NCBI GenBank assembly: GCA_012728655.1
Contig: JAAYEQ010000005.1
Location: 2,547-66,546, forward strand
Reading direction: 5' to 3'
Length of the DNA stretch: 64,000 nucleotides
Source of the DNA: Syntrophomonadaceae bacterium
GTDB taxonomy: Bacteria; Bacillota; Syntrophomonadia; Syntrophomonadales; DTU052
Shown here piece by piece: positions 26,875-35,710 of the stretch. Under the pieces are notes generated by a model that was not told where the DNA came from, did not search any database, and saw only the letters and a list, made by a program, of their open reading frames with translations. Both the position numbers and the translations under genes were made by a program. Each line of letters starts with the position of its first letter. Position 1 is the stretch's first letter.

Positions 26875-27723
26875 ATGATCGATTTGAAAGGAAGGACAGT
26901 AGCAATAACCGGGGCTGCCAGCGGTCTTGGCATGGGAATGGCCAAGAGATGTCATAAGTTGGGAGCCAAGTTGGCCCTGGCCGACATTGAGGCTCCGGCA
27001 TTGGCTGCTTTGGAAGAAGAGCTTAAAGCCATGGGAGCCGACTTCTTTACCATGGTAATGGATGTTTCCAAGTATGAGGACATGCAGGCATTTGCCGACA
27101 AAACCTTTGCCACCTACGGAGAGGTTGCGCTGTTCTTCAATAATGCCGGCGTGGAGATCTCAGGCTGTGTCTGGGAGTTGTCAATCAAGGATTGGCAATG
27201 GGTTTACGGGGTGAATGTGTTTGGAGTAATCCATGGGATAAAATGCTTTGTTCCCAGAATGATCAAACAGGAAAAGGAGTCAATAATTATCAATACCGCC
27301 TCCATGGCCGGGTTGATTTCAGGCTCTTTTTCACCTATTTACCTGAGCGGCAAACACGCCGTAGTCACCATAACCGAGTCGTTGGAACTGCAGCTGCAGG
27401 AGAAAAAGAGCAAAGTCAAGGCCTTTGTCTTCTGTCCCGGATATGTGAAGACTCGTTTGCATGAATCACATCGCAATCGTCCACCGGAACTTCAAAACGA
27501 CCCCAATGACCCCTATTACCAATCTGAAGATTACAAGAAGAAACAGGGCATGATGCAATATGCGGTGCCCCATGGCATTGAGTTGGAGCAAGCCATAGAT
27601 ATGCTCTTTGAAGCCTTGGAAAAAGACCAGTTTTACGCGCAGACCACGTCACAAGCACGCCCCAGGATCGAACAGCGCTTCCGCAATATCCTCGAGAATA
27701 AGCGTCCCCAATTCGGAGGGTAA
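26875..27723 (+). CDS. Short-chain dehydrogenase/reductase (classical SDR)
   Basis: TGAASGLG cofactor motif, NNAG, catalytic YLSGK (YxxxK). RBS AAGGAGGG upstream. Confidence 0.9.
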   Translation: MIDLKGRTVAITGAASGLGMGMAKRCHKLGAKLALADIEAPALAALEEELKAMGADFFTMVMDVSKYEDMQAFADKTFATYGEVALFFNNAGVEISGCVWELSIKDWQWVYGVNVFGVIHGIKCFVPRMIKQEKESIIINTASMAGLISGSFSPIYLSGKHAVVTITESLELQLQEKKSKVKAFVFCPGYVKTRLHESHRNRPPELQNDPNDPYYQSEDYKKKQGMMQYAVPHGIELEQAIDMLFEALEKDQFYAQTTSQARPRIEQRFRNILENKRPQFGG

Positions 27724-27885
27724 AGAAAAAGCATCGAAGTCGAAACCGGCATATTGGCGGAGAGAACTCCGTCAATATGCCGGGACTGCTTTTATTTGCT
27801 CTTTCCTGAAAAAACCATACAGTATCGGCAATTACGAGGCCGGCACTTTGGAGCGCTTGTGATTCAGGGGATTAGGAGGGAAACA

Positions 27886-28653
27886 ATGGCGAGGATCGTA
27901 GCCTGCTATAAATGGGTAGTCGATGAAGCAGATATCAGGATCAACCCGGACCGTTCGGTAGATCTCAGTAAAGCGAAAAAGAAGATCAGCGATTATGACA
28001 AATGCGCCATCGAGGCGGCGGTGCAGACAGCGACGGCAATAGGGGGAAAAGCCGTGGGGCTGACTTTTGGAACCGCAGATGCCAGACAATCATTAAAAGA
28101 TGCTTTATCACGGGGACTGGAAGAGGTTTACTACATCAATGCCGAAGAGGCGGCACAGGCAGACGGGGCCGCCACCGCCAATGCACTCGCGGCGGCGATA
28201 AAGAAAATGGAAGAGGTAAACCTTGTAATCTGTGCTGAAGGAGCAAGTGATACCTATCAGCGTCAGATCGCTCCAAGAATCGGAGCCGTCCTTGATTGGC
28301 CGGTAGCAACCTCGGTATCCAAATTGGAGGTAACCGGGAACACCCTGACCGCAGTGAGGAAACTGGATGACTGTCTGCAGACGGTAAAGGTGGAACTGCC
28401 GGCGGTAGTGTCGGTTTTACCGGAAATCAATAATCCGCCGATTCCCACTTTGAAAGCAGTTCTGGCAGCAGGTAAAAAACCGGTTAAAGAGTTCAGCGCC
28501 GGCGAACTGAACGCGGATTTGGTTCCAAAGACCAGAGTTGCCGATTTGCAGGGCTATGTCATGAGTCGCAAAAACCTCATTTTTAAAGATGGTGAAGCTG
28601 TTGATCAGGTTAAAGAACTCGTGGCTGCTTTGAAAAAGGAAGGTGTTATCTGA
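27886..28653 (+). CDS. etfB: Electron transfer flavoprotein beta subunit
   Basis: 255 aa from ATG 27886 (AGGAGGG upstream). EtfB-like pattern IVACYKWV...IS.YD..AIEAA...VICAEGASDTYQRQIAPRIGAVLDWP. Confidence 0.88.
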   Translation: MARIVACYKWVVDEADIRINPDRSVDLSKAKKKISDYDKCAIEAAVQTATAIGGKAVGLTFGTADARQSLKDALSRGLEEVYYINAEEAAQADGAATANALAAAIKKMEEVNLVICAEGASDTYQRQIAPRIGAVLDWPVATSVSKLEVTGNTLTAVRKLDDCLQTVKVELPAVVSVLPEINNPPIPTLKAVLAAGKKPVKEFSAGELNADLVPKTRVADLQGYVMSRKNLIFKDGEAVDQVKELVAALKKEGVI

Positions 28654-29558
28654 TGTCGGGTGTTTATATTTTCAGCGACAAAAATGATATAGCCGCGGAG
28701 ATTATAGGTTTTGCCAAGAGTGCGGGGAAAGACGCCATCCTCCTGGTTTTCGACGAGCAAACGGCGAAGGTAATGGGTAATTCGGGAGCCGATAAAATTT
28801 ATCTTGTTAATGGCGAAAGTGAACTGGTGGAAAGCTATGCCAGGTCAATTGCTCAACTGCTCCGGGAGGAAGGGGCTGAATTATTTGCAGTCGGTGCCAC
28901 TCCCAGAGGAAGGGATCTGGCAGCCCGAGTAGCCGTATATCTCAACTGTGGCATGGCAAGCGACGTATCGACACTCAGCTGCGGCGATGGCCAATGGCTG
29001 ACCCAAAGGATAATATATGGAGGAGCCGTGCAACAGACGGAAGTCCTGGAGGGATTGGCGGTTGTGACCATTCCCGGAGGGAAATTCGAGCCGGTATCCG
29101 GTACCGGTGAAATGGTCAATATTACCCTGGCGGCCGATCGGCGGATCAGCCTGGAGGAGACTATGCCCATCGGTCATCAAGGAGCGGATCTTTCCGCAGC
29201 CGAAAAAGTGGTATGCGTCGGAATGGGCCTGGAAAAAGAAGAAGACATGCAGCTGGCGAAAGACTTGGCCGCAGCATTAGGAGCCGAAATAGGTTGTACC
29301 CGCGGAATTGCCGAAGAAAGACACTGGCTCCCCGCAGAACGGTATATCGGAATTTCCGGGGCGGTGATCAAGCCCAAGCTCTATATATCTATGGGGGTGT
29401 CCGGCCAGGTTCAACATGTGGTGGGAATACGTGATTCACAGGTAATCGTTGGCATTGATATAAACGAAAAGGCCCCGATATTCGCCGCTGCCGATTACGG
29501 TATAGTGGGTGACATGTATGAAGTGGTGCCCCTGTTGATTAAAGCATTATCGGAATAG
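28653..29558 (+). CDS. etfA: Electron transfer flavoprotein alpha subunit
   Basis: 301 aa. TGATG overlap with etfB. FAD-binding C-terminal motif GISGAVIKPKLYISMGVSGQVQHVVG...VGIDINEKAPIF..ADYGIVGD. Confidence 0.9.
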   Translation: MSGVYIFSDKNDIAAEIIGFAKSAGKDAILLVFDEQTAKVMGNSGADKIYLVNGESELVESYARSIAQLLREEGAELFAVGATPRGRDLAARVAVYLNCGMASDVSTLSCGDGQWLTQRIIYGGAVQQTEVLEGLAVVTIPGGKFEPVSGTGEMVNITLAADRRISLEETMPIGHQGADLSAAEKVVCVGMGLEKEEDMQLAKDLAAALGAEIGCTRGIAEERHWLPAERYIGISGAVIKPKLYISMGVSGQVQHVVGIRDSQVIVGIDINEKAPIFAAADYGIVGDMYEVVPLLIKALSE

Positions 29559-29580
29559 CCTGCCGTATTAATCAAAAATT

Positions 29581-29621
29581 AAAGACCGGTTCATGCCGTG
29601 TGGCTGCAACCGGTCTTTTTT
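29581..29621 (+). terminator. Rho-independent terminator of the etf operon
   Basis: AAAGACCGGT-18 nt-ACCGGTCTTT followed by TTT. Confidence 0.7.
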
Positions 29622-29656
29622 GTTCAAAGAAGTTTTTGGAAACCGCGTTTATGCCG

Positions 29657-29685
29657 TTGACAACAGCAGACCGGGTCATTATTAT
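29657..29685 (+). promoter_or_regulatory. Sigma-A-type promoter of the rubrerythrin/FDP cassette
   Basis: TTGACA (29657-29662), 17 nt, TATTAT (29680-29685). Confidence 0.6.
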
Positions 29686-29693
29686 AAAAAATA

Positions 29694-29719
29694 TAATGAT
29701 TTCAAATTTGAAATCATTA
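29694..29719. promoter_or_regulatory. Perfect 26-bp palindromic operator candidate (Fur/PerR-family-like)
   Basis: TAATGATTTCAAA|TTTGAAATCATTA, perfect dyad, starting 9 nt after the -10 hexamer. Confidence 0.55.
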
Positions 29720-29844
29720 CTTATTTGGGTCGACGGGCATAGGCGGTACCGGAGGACTGCCATATCAAGGGGTGGTTCCTCGGCCGATAAACCCGGGCCC
29801 GTAAACAAATTTTAATGATTATCTATTGAGGAGTGAGCGTTTTT

Positions 29845-30393
29845 ATGAAAAAATGGGTATGCGGGGTATGCGGTTGTATTCACGAAGGAACTGTACCACC
29901 GGAGAAATGTTCCCAATGCGGTGCAGGCAAGGAGAAGTTTTCGGAGTTTTCGTCCGACAGGTTGGTTTGGGCCGATGAACACCGGATCGGGGTTGGTGCC
30001 GGAGTAGACCCCGAGGTGGTGGAGCTTCTGAGAGCCAACTTTATCGGAGAGTGTACCGAGGTTGGCATGTATCTGGCCATGAGCAGACAGGCTGATCGGG
30101 AAGGTTATCCGGAAATAGCCGAGGCCTACAAGCGGATTGCCTGGGAAGAAGCGGAGCACGCCGCCAAATTTGCAGAACTGCTCGGTGAAGTTGTGGCCGC
30201 AGACACCAGAAGAAATCTGGAGATGCGGGTGGAAGCGGAATTCGGTGCCTGTCAGGGCAAGAAAGACCTGGCGACGAAAGCAAAACAGCTCAACTATGAC
30301 GCAATCCATGACACCGTTCACGAGATGTGCAAAGATGAAGCCCGACACGGTGCAGCCTTTGCCGGCCTGTTAAAGCGTTATTTCCAAGCCTAA
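29845..30393 (+). CDS. Reverse rubrerythrin (N-terminal rubredoxin-like, C-terminal diiron ferritin-like domain)
   Basis: CGVC-x12-CSQC at the N-terminus. ExxH diiron motifs EEAEH and DEARH. GAGGAG RBS before ATG 29845. Confidence 0.88.
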   Translation: MKKWVCGVCGCIHEGTVPPEKCSQCGAGKEKFSEFSSDRLVWADEHRIGVGAGVDPEVVELLRANFIGECTEVGMYLAMSRQADREGYPEIAEAYKRIAWEEAEHAAKFAELLGEVVAADTRRNLEMRVEAEFGACQGKKDLATKAKQLNYDAIHDTVHEMCKDEARHGAAFAGLLKRYFQA

Positions 30394-30506
30394 TAGCACC
30401 GGACCTGATAAGTTAGGCCATCTGGGAGCGGATTGCTACCCCGGTAACGGAGCACTTCAGGGGTGGTATCCGTTCCAATAATTTTAGGGAACAAGGGAGG
30501 GAAAAC

Positions 30507-33113
30507 ATGAAACGCGCAGTACCTGTTAAGGATGGTATTTGGTGGGTGGGAGCCCTTAACCCGGATCTCAAGGTTTTTGATATTGTAATGACCACCGAAT
30601 ATGGAACCACTTACAACTCCTATTTGGTTAAGGGATCACAAAAGACTGCTCTTATCGAAGCGGTCAAGGACGGCTTTTTACCTGAATTTCTGGAGCGGAT
30701 CAAGGAGGTTGTAGATCCGTCCACCATCGATTTTCTGATCCTTAATCACACCGAACCTGACCATACCGGTTCGGTTGCCGAGTTGTTAAAAATCGCACCG
30801 CAGATAACAGTGGTTGGAAGTCAAATCGCGCTTACATTTCTGGCCGAGATTGCCAATCGTGACTTTCGCAGCATGGCTGTCAAAGATGGGGATGTTATCT
30901 CTCTGGGTGACAAGACCCTGCGCTTTATTGATGCTCCGTTTTTGCACTGGCCTGACACCATTTTCACCTATTGTGAAGAAGACCGGATACTGTTCAGTTG
31001 TGATGTCTTTGGATCCCATTACACTGACGAGCGATTGTTCAACGACCTTATTGACGCCGACTTTACAGATGCCTTTGAATACTACTTCCGGATGATTCTC
31101 GGCCCGTTTAAGCCCTACCTGGCACAGGCTTTGGACAAGATTGCCGGTCTGCCGATTGATATTATCTGCCCGAGTCACGGTCCCATTCTGCGGTCGAATT
31201 TGGACGAGTATATAAATCGTTACCGGGAATGGACCAAGCCGGCGCAACCCAGTGAGAAGCCGCGAATAATAGTCCCTTATGTTTCCGCATATGGCTACAC
31301 CAAGAGTATTGCGAAATCGATAATTGAAGGTGTATCCATGATGGGTGATTTTGACATCCAAAGCTACGATCTGGTGGAAACCCCGGTGGAAGAAGTGCTG
31401 CCAAAGATTGAGGATGCCGACGCTCTGCTGGTGGGGTCGCCCACCCTGGTAGGGGATGCGCCGCCTCCCATCTGGCAACTGCTCTACAGCCTGTCCCCGG
31501 TGGTACACGGCAACAAACTGGCCGGTGCTTTCGGCTCCTACGGGTGGAGCGGCGAAGCGGTGCCCAATATTGAGACCAGATTGCGCGCCTTGAGAATGCA
31601 GGTAGTACCCGGCCTCAAGATCAACTTTAAGCCTTCGGAAGCTCAACTGGAGAAAGCATTTGAGTGGGGCGTGAATTTTGGACGTCGGTTAATCGATTTT
31701 CTCACGCCCAAGTCCAAGATCAGCTGGCGCTGCCTGGTCTGTGGGCAGGTTTTCCAGGGAGAGGAGCCGCCCAATGTCTGCCCGGCATGCGGAGTCAGCC
31801 GCGAGAATTTCGTGCGGGTGCAGCCGGAAGATGAGTTTATCAACGACACTCAGAACACCTATGTAATTGCCGGCGGGGGAATTGCCGCCCTGACCGCAGC
31901 CGAAGCTATCCGTAAACGTGACCGTACCGGAAAGATACAGATTTATACCCAGGAACCCTTCCCCATATACTACCGTACGGCCTTGGCCGAATGTATGGTC
32001 GAAAGGCTGGCTGATGAGGCCTTGTTCGTCCATCCGGAATCCTGGTTCCGGGAAAACCGCATTGAAGTTTTTACTGGAAAAACCGTCTCGGATATAAACC
32101 CCGGCGAAAGGAAAATCACCCTGGAGGATGGTACGCAGGTTTCATACTCCAAGCTGATTATTGCTACCGGAGCTCACAGTTTCATTCCTCCAATTCCCGG
32201 CAACGATCTGCAGGGAGTTTTCACGCTGCGCAGCCTGGAAGATGCCGACCGCATCAGGGAATACAGCCGGGGCCTAAAGAAAGCGGTTATCATAGGCGGT
32301 GGAGTCCTGGGGCTGGAAGCGGCCTATGAACTGAAGGAAGGCGGATTTGAGGTCACCATAATCGAAAACTCACCCCGGCTTATGCCGCGGCAGTTGGACC
32401 GGGAGGCTTCACAGCGCTTGGAGGAAATCCTGACCAATGCCGGAATCGAACTGGTCCTGGGCGCTTCAACCGGCGAGATATTGGGACCGGAGCGGGTCAC
32501 GGGGGTCAGGTTGTCCGATGGACGGGAGATTCCTTGCGACTTTGTACTGCTTTCCACTGGGGTCAGGCCCAATACCGCACTGGCGCAAACGGCGGGCATT
32601 AGCGTCAACCGCGGAATAGTGGTCGACAGCGGTATGCGAACCAGCGCCAATGATATCCTGGCCTGCGGTGATGTAGCCGAATACAACGGGGTTGTCGCCG
32701 GGTTATGGACGGTGGCGGTAGAAATGGGGCGCGTAGCCGGAGCGAATGCTGCCGGGGATTGGCTGGAATACGATCCTCCGAAATTATCCACCATGTTGGC
32801 GGTGTTTGGCCGGGAGATATTCTCGGTGGGCGACGTCAATCAGCCCCCGGAAGGTTGCCGCATTGTGACCAGCACCGACCCGGAGGAGGGGTCGTTCAAA
32901 AAATACTTTATCAAGGATGGCGTATTGATTGGAGCCATTATTATTGCTCCCAGGGTTCAGGCAACCGGAGCACTGCGTGCGGTGGGCCGGGGCGGTAAAG
33001 TGAAGGCCGACAAGTGGAAGTGCCGTCGGTGCGGGTATATACACGAGGGCCCGGAACCGCCGGATGTATGTCCGGTTTGTGGCGCTCCCAGGAACCTGTT
33101 TGACCCGGCGTAA
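30507..33113 (+). CDS. Multidomain flavodiiron protein: MBL-like diiron, flavodoxin, short rubredoxin, NAD(P)H:rubredoxin oxidoreductase-like FAD domain, second short rubredoxin
   Basis: 868 aa. HTEPDH diiron motif. Flavodoxin-like middle part. CLVC-x12-CPAC (aa ~410-430). GGGIAALTAAE and GGGVLGLEAA dinucleotide motifs. C-terminal CRRC-x12-CPVC. Confidence 0.9.
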   Translation: MKRAVPVKDGIWWVGALNPDLKVFDIVMTTEYGTTYNSYLVKGSQKTALIEAVKDGFLPEFLERIKEVVDPSTIDFLILNHTEPDHTGSVAELLKIAPQITVVGSQIALTFLAEIANRDFRSMAVKDGDVISLGDKTLRFIDAPFLHWPDTIFTYCEEDRILFSCDVFGSHYTDERLFNDLIDADFTDAFEYYFRMILGPFKPYLAQALDKIAGLPIDIICPSHGPILRSNLDEYINRYREWTKPAQPSEKPRIIVPYVSAYGYTKSIAKSIIEGVSMMGDFDIQSYDLVETPVEEVLPKIEDADALLVGSPTLVGDAPPPIWQLLYSLSPVVHGNKLAGAFGSYGWSGEAVPNIETRLRALRMQVVPGLKINFKPSEAQLEKAFEWGVNFGRRLIDFLTPKSKISWRCLVCGQVFQGEEPPNVCPACGVSRENFVRVQPEDEFINDTQNTYVIAGGGIAALTAAEAIRKRDRTGKIQIYTQEPFPIYYRTALAECMVERLADEALFVHPESWFRENRIEVFTGKTVSDINPGERKITLEDGTQVSYSKLIIATGAHSFIPPIPGNDLQGVFTLRSLEDADRIREYSRGLKKAVIIGGGVLGLEAAYELKEGGFEVTIIENSPRLMPRQLDREASQRLEEILTNAGIELVLGASTGEILGPERVTGVRLSDGREIPCDFVLLSTGVRPNTALAQTAGISVNRGIVVDSGMRTSANDILACGDVAEYNGVVAGLWTVAVEMGRVAGANAAGDWLEYDPPKLSTMLAVFGREIFSVGDVNQPPEGCRIVTSTDPEEGSFKKYFIKDGVLIGAIIIAPRVQATGALRAVGRGGKVKADKWKCRRCGYIHEGPEPPDVCPVCGAPRNLFDPA

Positions 33114-33197
33114 TGAGATCATCCCCCGGATAACACCGGACGGGAGCGGTGATCGGGAATGTTCAGGGCTCTCATCTCGGATAATCATATGCACTCC

Positions 33198-33236
33198 AAG
33201 ACCGGTATCAGCGCATGCTGGTAACCGGTCTTTTTA
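33198..33236 (+). terminator. Rho-independent terminator after the FDP gene
   Basis: AAGACCGGT-17 nt-ACCGGTCTT followed by TTT. The stem sequence is identical to that of the 29581-29621 terminator. Confidence 0.7.
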
Positions 33237-33380
33237 TCTCCGGGGGGTTCAAACGGCTGCCGAGTGGAAAAGCTAAATTAGAATTTAACCCCATTGTCGA
33301 GTAGGCAAGGAGGTTGTCATGCTGTCGAAGGATGTCTAAACTTAACATAAAGGATCGAAAGCGAACGGATTGGGGGTAAT

Positions 33381-34709
33381 ATGATGGAAAACCGATGGAA
33401 AGAGATGTACAAGAGAAAGCTCAAAACGCCGGATGAGGCGGTGGCCGAGATCCGGGATGGGGAGGGGATTGGATTTTCGCTGGCTAACGGACGGCCGGAA
33501 GCCTTCTGTAACGCACTGGCGAAAAGGGTGTTGGCAGGGGAACTGAAAGATATTAAGGTTTTCGCGGGGCTGGGATTGAGTCCTACCCTGTTGAACAGCC
33601 CAGAGGTTGCGGACAAGATTGAATTTGATTCCCCCTACCTGGGGCCCATTGAACGGTTTTTCGTGCAGCAGGGATTGTATACGTATACCCCGGTCAAACT
33701 GGGTGATGCGGATATAATCGCTCGCCGGCACCTGCGTCCCGGATCGGTTATGGCCATGACGGTATCGCCGATGGATCGCAACGGATTTTTCAGCTGCGGC
33801 ATCAACGTGGACTATGGGTATGGTTTGGCCAGAATGCACCCGGGCAAGCGCCTGCTGATAGTGGAGGTTAACGAACACATGCCCAGGACCTTCGGGGTTA
33901 ACCTTTTCCACATAAGCGAAGTGGATATTATAATCGAGAATAACGTTCCGTTGAAGACCCTGCCCGAGGTTAAGGTTACTGAGGAAGACAGAAGAATTGC
34001 GGAGTACATAGTGGAACACGTACCGGACGGAGCTTGTATACAGCTGGGTATCGGCGGCATTCCCAATGCCGTGGGCGAGTTTTTGAAGGACAAGAAAGAC
34101 CTCGGGGTTCATACCGAGATGATAACCGACAGCATGCTGGATCTCTGGGAGTGCGGCGCCATTACCTGCCGCAAGAAGAATTTCATTCCCTACAAGTGGG
34201 TGGCATCCTTTGCTCTGGGTTCGCAGAGGCTTTATGACTTTCTCCATGAGAATCCGATGGTCGATTTCTACACCGTGGGGTTCGTAAACCGCCCCTCGAT
34301 CATCGGCAGGAACGACAACATGATCTCGGTAAATGCCACGCTGGAGGTGGACCTGACCGGACAGTGCGCCTCCGAGTCGATAGGACCACGGCAGTATACC
34401 GGGACCGGAGGACAACTGGACTTTGTGCAGGGTGCCTGGCTGTCCAAAGGCGGACAATCATTTATTGCTCTGCACTCCACTTATACCGATAAATCCGGTC
34501 AGAGGAAGTCCAAGATTGTTCCCACCCTCTCTCCGGGCACATTTGTCACCACCCCCCGGACCGAGGTTAACTGGATCGTAACCGAGTATGGAGCGGCCCA
34601 GCTTAAGGGGCAAAATGTCAGGCAACGGGCTGAGGCCCTGATCAACCTGGCCCATCCGGACTTCCGGGACGAACTCCGATTCCAGGCCAAAAAACTGATG
34701 CTGCTATAG
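33381..34709 (+). CDS. Acetyl-CoA hydrolase/transferase family protein (4-hydroxybutyrate/butyryl-CoA:acetate CoA-transferase-like)
   Basis: 442 aa. Family I CoA-transferase motifs LGIGGIPNAV and TGTGGQLDFVQGA. Confidence 0.88.
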   Translation: MMENRWKEMYKRKLKTPDEAVAEIRDGEGIGFSLANGRPEAFCNALAKRVLAGELKDIKVFAGLGLSPTLLNSPEVADKIEFDSPYLGPIERFFVQQGLYTYTPVKLGDADIIARRHLRPGSVMAMTVSPMDRNGFFSCGINVDYGYGLARMHPGKRLLIVEVNEHMPRTFGVNLFHISEVDIIIENNVPLKTLPEVKVTEEDRRIAEYIVEHVPDGACIQLGIGGIPNAVGEFLKDKKDLGVHTEMITDSMLDLWECGAITCRKKNFIPYKWVASFALGSQRLYDFLHENPMVDFYTVGFVNRPSIIGRNDNMISVNATLEVDLTGQCASESIGPRQYTGTGGQLDFVQGAWLSKGGQSFIALHSTYTDKSGQRKSKIVPTLSPGTFVTTPRTEVNWIVTEYGAAQLKGQNVRQRAEALINLAHPDFRDELRFQAKKLMLL

Positions 34710-34795
34710 CTCATGACTGAGCTTCCTCGGCAGGACGTTCCCTTCAAGGTTGTGACGATAAGCCGGTCCGGTGGTTCAAATGTAAAAAATGCAGT

Positions 34796-34822
34796 AAAAG
34801 ACGGAGCTTTCCGTCTTTTCTG
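34796..34822. terminator. Bidirectional terminator between convergent genes
   Basis: AAAAGACGGA-gctt-TCCGTCTTTT, with T/A runs on both sides. Confidence 0.7.
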
Positions 34823-34974
34823 TTGGCGATGCTGGTGGGGGTTGGTCTTTTTGTAGATGTATGCGGTACTGGTTCTTGTGCCAAAAAGGTACCGATGTCC
34901 GCGGGGGATTGCGGCCGCCGGGGAGAGTACTGACACGTTCTTTTATTACCGAGGTACCGGTGTTCACTGTCGGG

Positions 34975-35679
34975 TTAACCACCGGACAGCCCTGCTTCCA
35001 CATGCCTCAGGTGCCGCAGCATTCCTTCCCGGGCGGCTTCAGGATCTCCGGCCAGGATGGCATCCAGGATAGCCTGGTGCTCGTTTAATATCCGCTCGGC
35101 GGTTTTGGGATTTGAATACATCTCGGTGCGATTTGCCAGGAAGGTCTGGTGCATCATATTATCCAGGGTTTTAATGATCCTGCGCAACAGCGGGTTTTTG
35201 GTGGCATCGGCAATGGCGAAGTGAAAGAAGAGATCGAATTCCACCCCTTGCTCATGGCGTTCGGCGGTAGCCTTCATATCGTTCAGTACTTCAACCATCT
35301 TGAGCCGGTCCTGCTCGGTAGCCCTCTGAGCGGCAAGGGCTGCGGCTTCGGCTTCCAGGATCCTCCGCACTTCCATTAACTGCGCCAAGGGGTTGCGCTC
35401 TACCGAGAGCACCAGGGCCAGGGGCGCGATCATCTCATTGTTCACGCTGGCGCTCACATAGGTGCCTTCTCCCGGCTTTACCTCAAGTATTCCCATTGCC
35501 TGCAGGGCCACCACGGCTTCCCGGACCGAGGCCCGGCTGACCCCGAGCATCTGGGCCATATCCCGCTCCGAAGGCAGCCTGTCACCGGGATTAAAGGTGC
35601 CGGTACTGATCAATTCTCGCAGCTGTTCAACGATCTCCTCGTAGATTTTTTTCGTTTTAATGGGCCTGAACTCTCCCAT
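34975..35679 (-). CDS. GntR-family regulator, FadR subfamily (FCD domain; LldR/PdhR-like)
   Basis: Winged HTH LPSERDMAQMLGVSRASVREAVVAL and an all-helical FCD C-terminal domain. Last gene of the oxidoreductase operon. Confidence 0.88.
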   Translation of the reverse strand: MGEFRPIKTKKIYEEIVEQLRELISTGTFNPGDRLPSERDMAQMLGVSRASVREAVVALQAMGILEVKPGEGTYVSASVNNEMIAPLALVLSVERNPLAQLMEVRRILEAEAAALAAQRATEQDRLKMVEVLNDMKATAERHEQGVEFDLFFHFAIADATKNPLLRRIIKTLDNMMHQTFLANRTEMYSNPKTAERILNEHQAILDAILAGDPEAAREGMLRHLRHVEAGLSGG

Positions 35680-35710
35680 AACGACCTCCTATTAAAGAGA
35701 TGCGCCTGGA

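Noticed and set aside
26604-26945. 113-aa minus-strand ORF between the ACAD and SDR genes
   Set aside because: It overlaps the SDR start and its RBS, and lies antisense to the SDR-remnant frame. No signals support it.
30786-34457. 286-aa and 371-aa minus-strand ORFs antisense to the FDP and CoA-transferase genes
   Set aside because: They are shadow ORFs opposite genes with unambiguous catalytic motifs.
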